A DNA stretch of 64,000 nt from Spirochaetota bacterium (lineage in GTDB: Bacteria; Spirochaetota; UBA4802; UBA5550), in NCBI GenBank assembly GCA_963663865.1, contig OY760686.1:416001-480000 (forward strand), written 5' to 3'. A model generated the notes under the pieces. The model did no database searches. It saw only the letters and a program-made list of their open reading frames with translations, and had not been told where the DNA came from. Below are positions 50,403 to 59,877 of the stretch, piece after piece (positions within the stretch are counted from its first letter, which is position 1; every line of letters starts with the position of its first letter). The position numbers and the translations under genes were made by a program.

Positions 50403-52649
50403 ATGAGGAAAATATTATTTTTGTCATTACTCATTATGACAGGTTTCTTCTTTGCCTGCGGTGATTCTGGCGGAGGCGGAACTGTTGTCATAGGTGATTG
50501 CGACGGAGCTCCGACTTTCGATGAGGCGAATCTTCCGGCAGTCGCTGCGACCGACGAGACTTTAATCGGTACTTTTAAGGCCTATGTAAACACAAAGGAC
50601 GAAAGTGATAACGATGTAACTGTATGTATGGATGTGAAATACAAGGACATCAACAGAAGCGGTTCAATGGACACCTATGAGGACTGGACAAAGACAGCTG
50701 AAGAAAGGGTAGCGGCTCTTGTGGCCGATACAGCTTTCACGACAGAAATGAAAGCCGGTCTACTGGTCAATGTCGATGTGACTGATCATGCTTTAACAGG
50801 TGTTCTTTCAACGGAACAGACAGCGGCTGTAACTGCCGGAGTGAGAATGTTCAGAACAACGACTAACGAAATCTCAGCAAGAAGCCGCGGTCTGTTCGCT
50901 AACAGCCTCCAGGCTGCTGCAGAGACTGGCGCTATCGCAATTCCGGTTCTTCTTACTTCCAATTTCTTGCCGTCATATCCTAACACTGCCAACGGAATGA
51001 GCCTATTCCCGGGAATGCCTGGGGTTGGAGCCGCTACGGTTGATGATCTTGATCTTGCCACTGGTATTGGCTCGGATGTCGCACAGGATCTAAGAGCAAT
51101 AGGAGTCGGCCTTGTGTTTGGACCTCAGGCAGACCTTGCTACTGAGCTCAGATGGTGGGGATCAACAAACCTTCTTGGAGAGGATGCTGCTACTGTTGGT
51201 TCACAGGTTGCCGCTATAGTAAAAGGCCTTCAGGGTGGAGACTCTCTCGCTTCAACAGGTGTTGCAGCGGTTGTTAACTACTTCCCGGGAGCGGGACCAC
51301 AGAAGAACGGTCTGGATTCAAGGGATGCTAATTCAACTCACATGATAGCATACGGCTCAGATGCCAATCTGGATTATCACATTCAGCCTTTCGAGAATGC
51401 TATTACAGCTGGCGCATGCGGAATCATGGCAGCACATGGAGCTCCTGAGGGAACAAGCGCGGCAGAGATATCTGTTTCTTACAACGAAGATCTTCTTACT
51501 ACGAGACTTAAGGGAACAATGGAATACACTGGACTTGTTTTCTCGGATTGGGGAGCTCTTGATACAACAGCCGCTGTTGGCGTAACGGCTTCTACAACAG
51601 CAGAAAAGATTAATGCTATGATCGCTGCCGGCTGCGATGTTATTACTGGTGTTTCTGACGCAGAAGCTTCAACAGCGCTTGATACAGTTAAAGCTCTTGA
51701 TTCAGCTGTGATTGATGCTGACGCTGAAAAGGTTTTGCTGATGATGTTTAAGCTTGGTCTTTTCGAAAATCCTTATCTGCTTAATTTTGACGGAGAGATT
51801 GACGGTACAGTAGCTCGAGATAATGTGGGGCTGGGAGCGAATGGTACCGAAGCTATGTCAAAACAGGTGGTTGTTCTTAAAAACACAGAAAAAAGTGGAG
51901 CGAAGGCATTCTTGCCCATGGATCCGGGCGTACCTTATGTGACACCGGGATCTAACCATTACTGGATAGATGACTCTGAGCTGTTTTCTTATGATGAGGC
52001 CGAGGTAGATTCAGCCGGATACTCAAAAGACACAAACTCACTGGTTCTTTGGGGAAACTATTCTGGTGGAACCTTCTCTGACCTGAGCGATTCAGACAAT
52101 GGTTATACAAGGTTCAGTGACACTGAGCCAGACTATCTTCTCACTAAAGCACGAAAGCTGTACGCACAGTATATAACTCACTTTATTGATGCTCCAAGGA
52201 AGGATGTGGACGACGCTGGAACATCTGACCCTGATGGCCTGCTCAGCTACTACTATGACCTTGATGAAGGAGTCAGCGGCCAGGAGGCGGCTGATAACGC
52301 CTCAGTTCTAGCCAAGGTTAGAGAGAATTCAGATCTTGTGAACGGCTGGGACGGAACAATTTACGTTGTAATTGTTAATATGGAAAGGCCTGGTTATGTA
52401 CTCAATGAGATATACAACTTGGCTGATTGTGTAATACTTCACTGGGGTTCTAATACCAAGTATCTCTTTGACACTCTTCACAATGTCGATGCAAAGCTAA
52501 CAGAAGGTAGGCTGCCGGTTTCTCTTCCTGCTACAAACGTGGAAGTTGAAGGCGGAGATTCAGCTGTGCCTACTGATGTTGATTCTGTTTCTGACACATG
52601 GAGAAAAAGAGGTCACCAGATAATCCTTACTCCTCTTAGTGAGAGATAA
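50403..52649 (+). CDS. GH3-fold acidic lipoprotein with degenerate -1 subsite (paralogue A)
   Basis: RBS AGGAGGAG; lipobox FFAC; YKDINRSG..DTYEDW, GPQADLATELRW, NYFPGAGPQ, FSDWG, LGLFENPY, GRLPV. Confidence 0.85.
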   Translation: MRKILFLSLLIMTGFFFACGDSGGGGTVVIGDCDGAPTFDEANLPAVAATDETLIGTFKAYVNTKDESDNDVTVCMDVKYKDINRSGSMDTYEDWTKTAEERVAALVADTAFTTEMKAGLLVNVDVTDHALTGVLSTEQTAAVTAGVRMFRTTTNEISARSRGLFANSLQAAAETGAIAIPVLLTSNFLPSYPNTANGMSLFPGMPGVGAATVDDLDLATGIGSDVAQDLRAIGVGLVFGPQADLATELRWWGSTNLLGEDAATVGSQVAAIVKGLQGGDSLASTGVAAVVNYFPGAGPQKNGLDSRDANSTHMIAYGSDANLDYHIQPFENAITAGACGIMAAHGAPEGTSAAEISVSYNEDLLTTRLKGTMEYTGLVFSDWGALDTTAAVGVTASTTAEKINAMIAAGCDVITGVSDAEASTALDTVKALDSAVIDADAEKVLLMMFKLGLFENPYLLNFDGEIDGTVARDNVGLGANGTEAMSKQVVVLKNTEKSGAKAFLPMDPGVPYVTPGSNHYWIDDSELFSYDEAEVDSAGYSKDTNSLVLWGNYSGGTFSDLSDSDNGYTRFSDTEPDYLLTKARKLYAQYITHFIDAPRKDVDDAGTSDPDGLLSYYYDLDEGVSGQEAADNASVLAKVRENSDLVNGWDGTIYVVIVNMERPGYVLNEIYNLADCVILHWGSNTKYLFDTLHNVDAKLTEGRLPVSLPATNVEVEGGDSAVPTDVDSVSDTWRKRGHQIILTPLSER

Positions 52650-52673
52650 CAAGTTAGTCACACAATTGAAAAC

Positions 52674-52705
52674 TATAAAAAGCCGCCCTCGGGCGGCTTT
52701 TTATA
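52674..52705. terminator. Bidirectional Rho-independent terminator
   Basis: TATAAAAAGCCGCCC-TC-GGGCGGCTTTTTATA between convergent genes. Confidence 0.88.
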
Positions 52706-52742
52706 TTAATTTGCTTGATCAATCTATTCTACTCAATGGCTA

Positions 52743-53498
52743 TTATGCCCTACTGGCCTCAATTATCAGAGGAAGTCTGCCCCCGGCCGGTTCTTTCTTC
52801 CACGAACCATAAATTCCATTAATCGTAAACCCCGATTCCTTCAGAAGACCTGCCAGTTCAGCGGAACGGAGAGGGTAGAGTGTTATAGCAGAAGAGGTTT
52901 TTCCTGCTGAGGTTTCAATCACTGCTGTGAATTCCAGAGTGTTTTTGTCAATAAATCTGTATAGTCTGCGGAAAACAACTTTTTCAGTCTGTATGATCGG
53001 CAGTTCATTTATGTTATTCTGATATATATAATCATAGTCTAAAATCTGGAGAAGAAGCTTCCCTCCCGGTTTTGTAATGCTGAAAGCGGAGTTAAGAAAT
53101 ACAGCAAGGGGTGGTAAACCGGCCTTGTCGGTAGAGTGCGCAGGAAGGTGGGTTATGGTATTTCCTGTTGATATTACAGCATCATAGTTCTTTCCCTCTT
53201 TAACAGGTGGAATCTCCATAATACAATCAAGATCGGCTTTGTAAAAGGAGATAGGCAGCTCCGGATTTATTTGCTTAAGTATATTTGAAGCCTTGATCAT
53301 GCTTATATCCGAGTCTACTCCGTCCGAGGAAAAACCACGCCTGGCCAGCTCGAGAGTCAAAAGACCAGTGCCGCTGCCCGCGTCGAGAAGAAGCGGGCTT
53401 TGTTTCCCGGAAAGCATATCCTCGATATAATCGACTGTGTCCATATTAACCGGGAAAAAGGAGTTATAGTACTCCGCAAGATGCTCATAGAATTGCAT
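52743..53498 (-). CDS. Class I SAM-dependent methyltransferase
   Basis: LLDAGSGTG, GVD, YDAVISTGNT..H, KPGGKL. Confidence 0.88.
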   Translation of the reverse strand: MQFYEHLAEYYNSFFPVNMDTVDYIEDMLSGKQSPLLLDAGSGTGLLTLELARRGFSSDGVDSDISMIKASNILKQINPELPISFYKADLDCIMEIPPVKEGKNYDAVISTGNTITHLPAHSTDKAGLPPLAVFLNSAFSITKPGGKLLLQILDYDYIYQNNINELPIIQTEKVVFRRLYRFIDKNTLEFTAVIETSAGKTSSAITLYPLRSAELAGLLKESGFTINGIYGSWKKEPAGGRLPLIIEASRA

Positions 53499-53516
53499 AT
53501 TCTTACCTCACTTTGT

Positions 53517-53951
53517 TCAGATTTTTTCCCATGATTCAACCGGGCCCTCTATAACGTAAAAAAGGTCATGATGACGGGGTATGCCAACTTCTGTAAGCAG
53601 CGGCATTCTTGAAGGGTCGCGTTTCGCAAGTTTTCTTAAAAGGTGTTTTTTTTCATAGAGCAGTTGTCCTGACGTGACAGGGATTCTATCTAAAAAAGCG
53701 GCGGGCGGGGCGGAGATTTTTGAACCGCTGAAGCGATATCCCCGGGAAAGAGACTCTGAGTAGACAACATGGAGATATTGGACTATATAGAGAGCCGGGT
53801 CTGCGCTGCGTATAAACCTTAAAAGCTGGGGATGGTTCCGGTATCCGCGTGTCTTGCCGAGAATTACTGCCTGGGCGAGCAGAGCTTCGCGCCAGAGGGC
53901 GGTCAGTCCTTTGACGTCCAGATATTCGGGGCTAATGGACCAGAGTCTCAT
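53517..53951 (-). CDS. Pyrimidine dimer DNA glycosylase / endonuclease V (T4 DenV-like) family protein
   Basis: MRLWSI.P.YLD.KGL.ALWREALLAQ.V..G.TRGY.NHPQL.RF. Confidence 0.88.
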   Translation of the reverse strand: MRLWSISPEYLDVKGLTALWREALLAQAVILGKTRGYRNHPQLLRFIRSADPALYIVQYLHVVYSESLSRGYRFSGSKISAPPAAFLDRIPVTSGQLLYEKKHLLRKLAKRDPSRMPLLTEVGIPRHHDLFYVIEGPVESWEKI

Positions 53952-54595
53952 AAAGCCGCCGCTGAGATAAAAATTCTCGCAGAAAGAACGATATAAACCA
54001 GCGCTACGGCGAGCTTGAGTATGGTGTCCGCCCTGCTTGAGCCTGATCTGAATGTTGAAGTCAGGGCTGAGGCGCCAAGCGACAGGGCAGAAAAAACAGT
54101 CAGAGCGGAGATCATAAAAATAATGCCAAAAGCCGATATTTGGACAGCGGCAGGCGAATAGCCTGGAGAAACGAACTGAGGCAGATAGGCCAGGAAGAAA
54201 AGTGTTACCTTCGGGTTCGTTATATTCATGACTATTCCTCTGAGGTATAGTGACCTGGCCGATTTAGGAGTGGTTTTTTGCTCCGGTTCAGAAGGCTGCG
54301 GGAAAAGAATTGCTTTAACAGAAATGGCAGACAGATAGAGGAGGTAGGCACCTCCAAGAAGTGTAATCAGCTTCAGGAGTCCTGGTGAAGCTTTTAAAAT
54401 GGCTGCTAATCCTAAAGCAGCAGCAGCGGTGTGAAAGATAAGGCCGGTGCAGAGTCCCAGAGTTACCAGAACTCCAGTTTTCCAACCGTGCGCGGCTGAC
54501 TGGGCAAGCACGAAGATGTTATCAGGGCCGGGGGCTGCAGCCAACAGCAGCGATGAGCCAAAGAATAAAACTGCATTTTGAGGATCAATTATCAT
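53948..54595 (-). CDS. LysE/RhtB family exporter
   Basis: PGPDNIFV, GLAAIL, GAYLLYL, G.VMNITNPKV.LFFLAYLPQF. Confidence 0.92.
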   Translation of the reverse strand: MIIDPQNAVLFFGSSLLLAAAPGPDNIFVLAQSAAHGWKTGVLVTLGLCTGLIFHTAAAALGLAAILKASPGLLKLITLLGGAYLLYLSAISVKAILFPQPSEPEQKTTPKSARSLYLRGIVMNITNPKVTLFFLAYLPQFVSPGYSPAAVQISAFGIIFMISALTVFSALSLGASALTSTFRSGSSRADTILKLAVALVYIVLSARIFISAAAL

Positions 54596-54804
54596 ATCTG
54601 AACCTGAAGTAAGTTATTGGAAAGATTTTAGATTGAAATTCCATTTAGTCAAGGTAAAGAAAAATATACTGTTTTTTCCCAAGAATGATCAATGCTTTGG
54701 TGTGAATGGAGGAAGAAAAAAATCATTTAATTTCATTTTTTTTGTTAAAAAGAATTAGAAAATGACACTTAAACAATATAAAGAAGATGTAATGGAGAAG
54801 TGCT

Positions 54805-57105
54805 ATGAAAAACATAATTCTGACAAGTTTTTGTATAATTGCTTTGCTGTCACTTTCAGCTTGTTTTGACAGCGAGAAGGTTTATCCTGAAATGAGTGAT
54901 GGAGTCAGTGTTTCACCGGAATGTGAAGGTGTAGAAGTACCTAATGAAAAATCAATACCACTGGTTATCGCCTCAGATGAAAATCTGGTGCAGTATTACA
55001 GCATATTGGGTAGCGACGGCGAAACAGTCTGCGGGAAAATTCCTTATAAGGATATCAACCGGAATGGAGAGATGGACATCTACGAGGACTGGAGGCTTTC
55101 TGCCGATGAGAGGGCTGAAGCTCTTGTTTCGGATGAGATTTTTAATAAAGATATGAAAGCAGCTCTCATGATCAATGTAAATTTGTACGGTCCGATCTGG
55201 TGGGAGACTGTCTGGAAAATCGAAGGAAACGCTGTCGATATGGGTATTAGGCTTTTCAAGACACAAGAAAACAAAGTGTACCCGATTGACCATGTATACC
55301 CGGCTGACAGGGGAGATTATTATAACAGCCTGCAGGTCGCGGCCGAAAGTGCGCAGTTGGCACTGCCGGCCCTTGTGTCTTCCGAGATGCTGCCGGCATA
55401 TCCAAATACGGCAAAGGGAATGACAGAGTTTCCCGGAATGCCCGGGCTCGGTGCAGCTTCATACAGCAATTTGCCTCTGGCAAAGCAGATGGCGGGAGAT
55501 ATAGCAGCTGATCTTTCTGCAGTAGGCGTGAGGCTTGTATTTGGGCCCCAGGCGGACCTGGCAACAGAGCTGAGATGGAAAGAGGCAGAGAACCTTCTCG
55601 GAGAAGATCCTGATATGGTCGCGGATCAGATATACGAAATGGTAGAAGGCTTTCAGGGAGGTACGACTCTTAAAAAGTCAGGGGTTGCTGCGGCGGTAAA
55701 GTCCTTCCCCGGAGCAGGGCCTCAGAAGAACGGGATAGATTCAAGGAGTGCCATGTCAACACATAGACTGGCGTACGGCACAACGGATAAGCTCAGTTCC
55801 CACATGAAGCCGTTTGAGTTGGCAATATCAGCCGGTGCTTCAGCAATAGTCGCCGCGCATGGCATCCCTGAGTGCCCTGGAATTGAAGATGTGCCGGTTT
55901 CATACAATGAATATCTCCTGAAGGATGTTCTGCGGGAAGATCTCGGATTTGACGGGCTGGTTTTTTCAGACCGGGACGCGCTTGAGTCTGGAACTGAGAT
56001 GGGTGTGACGGCAGGAAGTCGCGCGGAAAAAGCATCCGCAATGGTACTGGCCGGCTGTGATGTAATAAACGGCGTAAGGCTAATGCCGGAAGGTGTTGAG
56101 GTAGAATCGGATGATGAAATTCAGCCTGAAGTCAGCGATATTATCTCTGCAATTGGAGCCCTTGATTCTGATCTTGTGGATGCCTCAGCGAAAAGAATTA
56201 TCAAAGTAATGATACAGCTGGGTCTCTTTGAAAATCCGTATATTGTCGATTCTCACAACGAAATAAATGGAACAAGCGCAAGGATTTATACAGGAAGAGG
56301 TATATACGGTTACCTTGCCATGCAGCAGCAGCTCGTGCTTCTGAAGAATACTAAAAAGACTGGATTGGCGTCTCTTCCTCTTGATCCCGGAGTTCCTTAT
56401 GAGAGGATGAGTACTTTATTCTACGTGCAGGATGATTCCGAAAGCTTTGATTTCGACTACGAAAACCCTGAAGTTGTTTCTTATTCGATGGGGACATGGA
56501 ATTCGCAGGTATGGGGAAACTATGATGATGTTGATGGTGAGTATTCAAATCTGCAAACTACGGAAGGTGATGGCCTGACGAAGTTTGAAGGCGAACAGCT
56601 TGAAGATGCTCAAAAGCTTTTTTCGAATGTAATTTTGCATTTTGTAGACGCGCCTGAATCGGCTGAAGATGAAGCTTCTTCCGGTACAGCTGGGATTTTA
56701 AGCTATTACTACGATCTTGACGCCGGGGTAAGCGGCGGGTCCTCTGCCGAAAACGCCGCGATTTTGGAGAAGGTAAGGTATAACGCCGAGCTTGTCAGCG
56801 GGTCAGAGGATACATTGTATGTTGTTCTTGTTTCGATGAAGAAACCGGCATATGTTCTTGATGAAATATACGATTTAGCCGACGCGGTTATACTGCACTG
56901 GGGGACGACTACTGAGGATTTGCTTACCGTCTTATTTAATGACGGGTATAAAAACACATCGGGCAGCCTGGCTGTGGGGCTCCCGAGTTCGAATCAGGAG
57001 GTCGAAGAGGGTGATTCCGCATTGCCTTCATTCTATGATCCGGAGAGAGACGAACCCTGGAAGGCAAGGGGATATGTTGATTATATGACCTCGCTTCCGC
57101 GTTAA
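54805..57105 (+). CDS. GH3-fold acidic lipoprotein with degenerate -1 subsite (paralogue B)
   Basis: Lipobox LSAC; YKDINRNG.MDIYEDWRL, GPQADLATELRW, KSFPGAGPQ, FSDRD, LGLFENPY; colinear with the 50403 protein. Confidence 0.85.
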   Translation: MKNIILTSFCIIALLSLSACFDSEKVYPEMSDGVSVSPECEGVEVPNEKSIPLVIASDENLVQYYSILGSDGETVCGKIPYKDINRNGEMDIYEDWRLSADERAEALVSDEIFNKDMKAALMINVNLYGPIWWETVWKIEGNAVDMGIRLFKTQENKVYPIDHVYPADRGDYYNSLQVAAESAQLALPALVSSEMLPAYPNTAKGMTEFPGMPGLGAASYSNLPLAKQMAGDIAADLSAVGVRLVFGPQADLATELRWKEAENLLGEDPDMVADQIYEMVEGFQGGTTLKKSGVAAAVKSFPGAGPQKNGIDSRSAMSTHRLAYGTTDKLSSHMKPFELAISAGASAIVAAHGIPECPGIEDVPVSYNEYLLKDVLREDLGFDGLVFSDRDALESGTEMGVTAGSRAEKASAMVLAGCDVINGVRLMPEGVEVESDDEIQPEVSDIISAIGALDSDLVDASAKRIIKVMIQLGLFENPYIVDSHNEINGTSARIYTGRGIYGYLAMQQQLVLLKNTKKTGLASLPLDPGVPYERMSTLFYVQDDSESFDFDYENPEVVSYSMGTWNSQVWGNYDDVDGEYSNLQTTEGDGLTKFEGEQLEDAQKLFSNVILHFVDAPESAEDEASSGTAGILSYYYDLDAGVSGGSSAENAAILEKVRYNAELVSGSEDTLYVVLVSMKKPAYVLDEIYDLADAVILHWGTTTEDLLTVLFNDGYKNTSGSLAVGLPSSNQEVEEGDSALPSFYDPERDEPWKARGYVDYMTSLPR

Positions 57106-57110
57106 ATCAG

Positions 57111-57134
57111 GCCGCCTTCGGGCGGCTTTTTTTT
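57111..57134 (+). terminator. Rho-independent terminator
   Basis: GCCGCC-TTCG-GGCGGC followed by T8. Confidence 0.9.
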
Positions 57135-57474
57135 GATTTCAGCACAATCCATCAACCCACTAAAAAAGCTTTACCGATCAGAATAATCAATTTATAATTT
57201 TCTACGTGACCGGGGAATAAGAAGCAGGGACTTCTGCAGATTAGATACGCTTGCACTGTTCCTTTAAGAACAGTAAAAACAGGAGGATTTGAGCAATTCT
57301 TCAAAAAAAAAGTGTACACTTTCTCTGTGTTTATTATTTAATGCTGTTGAACTGTTAAATGATGTTCAGCTTTTCAATTATGTGATTCAGTTGCGAATTG
57401 AGTCAATGTAAAAACTGCTCTGGTTCTTGACAGGCATAAAACGGAATCGTATAAATCAGTCAATGGATGATGGT

Positions 57475-58647
57475 ATGAAGATACTAATAATTAACTATGA
57501 GTTTCCGCCGCTGGGCGGGGGGGGCGGTGTTGCTTCATTCGACCTCGCGCTTGAGTGGGCGAAGCATGGACAGGTCGATGTGCTGACTTCCACTTTCGGG
57601 GATCTCCCGGCGTTTGAAACGGTTGAAGGTATAAATATTCACAGAGTTAAAGTCCTTTTCCGTAAGTCCAGGGATGCCGCTTCCTTCCCATCAATGCTTT
57701 CATATCTATTCACGGGTTTTGCAGCAGGACTTCGCCTGATGCGCGCTAACAGATACGACGTGATAAACACACATTTCGCTGTCCCTTCAGGCCCGCTTGG
57801 GTATATTCTCGGAAAAATGTTCAAGGTTCCTAATGTCCTTTCGATTCATGGGGGGGATATATACGATCCGAGTAAGAAAACTTCTCCCCACAGAAGCCGT
57901 ATATTCCGTGCTGTTGTCCGGTTTATTCTAAAGCGCGCGGATGAGGTAGTAGCTCAGTCTTCAAACACACGCGACAATGCTGTGAAGTACTATCAGCCTC
58001 CAAAAGAGGTAATGATTATACCGCTGGCTTTTCATCCGCCGAAGATCAAAAAGGCAGGTCGGAAAGGGCTTGAACTGAGAGACGATGAATTTATTATGAT
58101 TACGGTAGGGCGTCTTGTAAAAAGAAAAGCAGTTGATGTTCAAATAGAGGCATTGTCAAAACTAAAGAGCAAAGATATCAGGCTCATTGTTATGGGAGAC
58201 GGTCCGGAAATGGACTATCTAATTGAAAAAAGCCTTGAACTTGGCGTAAGCGACAGAATCACATTTACCGGATATTTGTCCGATAAAGAGAAGTTTTCAT
58301 ATCTTTCAGCAGCAGATCTCTTTGTAATGACATCGCTGCATGAAGGCTTTGGCATTGTTTTTATGGAGGCTATGAACTACGGGCTGCCCATTGTTTCAAC
58401 CAATCATGGCGGACAGGTGGATTTTCTAACGCATGAAGAAAACGCTCTCCTGATAAATGTCGGCGATGTTGAAGGCTGCGCGGAATCAATAAGCAGGTTT
58501 ATGTCAGACAGTGTTCTTTACAGGAAATGTTCCAAAAACAACATGGCAAAAGTTAAACAGTTTTATGCTGAAGCTGTAGCGGGCAGATACAGCGATGTTT
58601 TCATGTCACTGGCTGAAAAAAGAAGAGGAAAAGGAAAGAGACAGTAA
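57475..58647 (+). CDS. Glycosyltransferase family 4 (GT-B)
   Basis: MKILIINYEFPPLGGGG, HGGD, VGRL..RK, EGFGIVFMEAM; start ATG 57475. Confidence 0.92.
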   Translation: MKILIINYEFPPLGGGGGVASFDLALEWAKHGQVDVLTSTFGDLPAFETVEGINIHRVKVLFRKSRDAASFPSMLSYLFTGFAAGLRLMRANRYDVINTHFAVPSGPLGYILGKMFKVPNVLSIHGGDIYDPSKKTSPHRSRIFRAVVRFILKRADEVVAQSSNTRDNAVKYYQPPKEVMIIPLAFHPPKIKKAGRKGLELRDDEFIMITVGRLVKRKAVDVQIEALSKLKSKDIRLIVMGDGPEMDYLIEKSLELGVSDRITFTGYLSDKEKFSYLSAADLFVMTSLHEGFGIVFMEAMNYGLPIVSTNHGGQVDFLTHEENALLINVGDVEGCAESISRFMSDSVLYRKCSKNNMAKVKQFYAEAVAGRYSDVFMSLAEKRRGKGKRQ

Positions 58648-59316
58648 ATGCCGATAGCCATTCTCTCAGCAAGCAATGAGTTCATTGAGGACATAAGAAA
58701 TAACCTCGAAACAGGCTCTTTTCAGATTTTCAGAGGCGTTGACTCGCTGAAGGGGGAGAGCGTTCACGCGGTTGTAGTAGATGTAGATGTCCTGGAAGCC
58801 CCTGATTCCATACAGTTTTATCTTTCCAAGCTCAGGAAAAAAATTCATGACAGGCCTGTACTCATTGTCTTGAGGGTTAAGGACCTTGACTCGTTAAGCC
58901 GCGAGTGGTTTATGAATGATTTTATACTCTATCCTTTCAGAAAAGGGGAGCTTCAGGCAAGGCTCAGGTTACTGACAGGAGATGTTGAAGGAGAGAATGA
59001 AGATATTGCTGAAGGAAATATTCGGATAAATCTTGCCGAGTATTCTGTCTACCTCAATGATGAGAAGCTGGAGCTGACTTATAAAGAATTTGAACTTCTT
59101 CGTTTGTTTTTTACTAACAGGGGTGTTGTTTTCTCACGCAAGGAGATTCTTAACCGTATATGGGGAGTCGAGTATATCGGAGGAACACGGACGGTTGACG
59201 TACACATAAGAAGGCTCAGAGTAAAACTTGGCGAAGGTTTTGACAATGTGATTGAGACTGTGAGAAATGTCGGCTACCGCTGCCGCCAGGAAGCTCTAAA
59301 AAATAACTTGCCATAA
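58648..59316 (+). CDS. OmpR/PhoB winged-helix regulator with atypical receiver (GlnR-like)
   Basis: LTYKEFELL, WG.EYIGGTRTVDVHIRRLR.KLG; receiver lacks the N-terminal acidic pair and the KP lysine. Confidence 0.85.
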   Translation: MPIAILSASNEFIEDIRNNLETGSFQIFRGVDSLKGESVHAVVVDVDVLEAPDSIQFYLSKLRKKIHDRPVLIVLRVKDLDSLSREWFMNDFILYPFRKGELQARLRLLTGDVEGENEDIAEGNIRINLAEYSVYLNDEKLELTYKEFELLRLFFTNRGVVFSRKEILNRIWGVEYIGGTRTVDVHIRRLRVKLGEGFDNVIETVRNVGYRCRQEALKNNLP

Positions 59317-59390
59317 AACGGGCTGGTGGAATAATGCCGGCATGCTGTTCAACTTCCCCTGAACAGTTTACCACTACGCGAGGTTTTTAA

Positions 59391-59873
59391 ATGAACCAGG
59401 AAAAAAAGATCGAGAAGATTCTCGATATAGCCATGACTGAAGAGCTTAACGAATATGAGGATCTTCTGAAAGTTCTGAAAAAAAGACTGCCCTTCATTGG
59501 AAGGACAAAACGAATTGCTGCTGCTGTTCTTAAGGAACACCTCGGAAGCATATCGAGACTTGATATCTCCTCTTTCACGAGAACTGACAGGACTGAGACA
59601 GGCAAAATCGTTTTCGAAGACATCAAGGACGGAAGAGCAAGACTATTCATCAACGTCGGTAAAAACCAGCGTATTTCCACAGGGGATCTTATTAGAGAAA
59701 TTGTTAAAAGATCCGGTATTGACGGTAAGACTATTGGAAAGATCGATGTCCATGGAACCTACTCATTTTTTGAAGTCCCGGAACAGTATGCCGAACTTGT
59801 GTATCATTCATTCGATGACGCCAAAATCCGCGGTATGAATGTTGTAGTTGAACCGGCCAAAAGGCGTAAATAG
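59391..59873 (+). CDS. DbpA RNA-binding domain protein (no helicase core)
   Basis: RLFINVGK...GDL...IGKIDV...YSFFEVP. Confidence 0.85.
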   Translation: MNQEKKIEKILDIAMTEELNEYEDLLKVLKKRLPFIGRTKRIAAAVLKEHLGSISRLDISSFTRTDRTETGKIVFEDIKDGRARLFINVGKNQRISTGDLIREIVKRSGIDGKTIGKIDVHGTYSFFEVPEQYAELVYHSFDDAKIRGMNVVVEPAKRRK

Positions 59874-59877
59874 TGTT

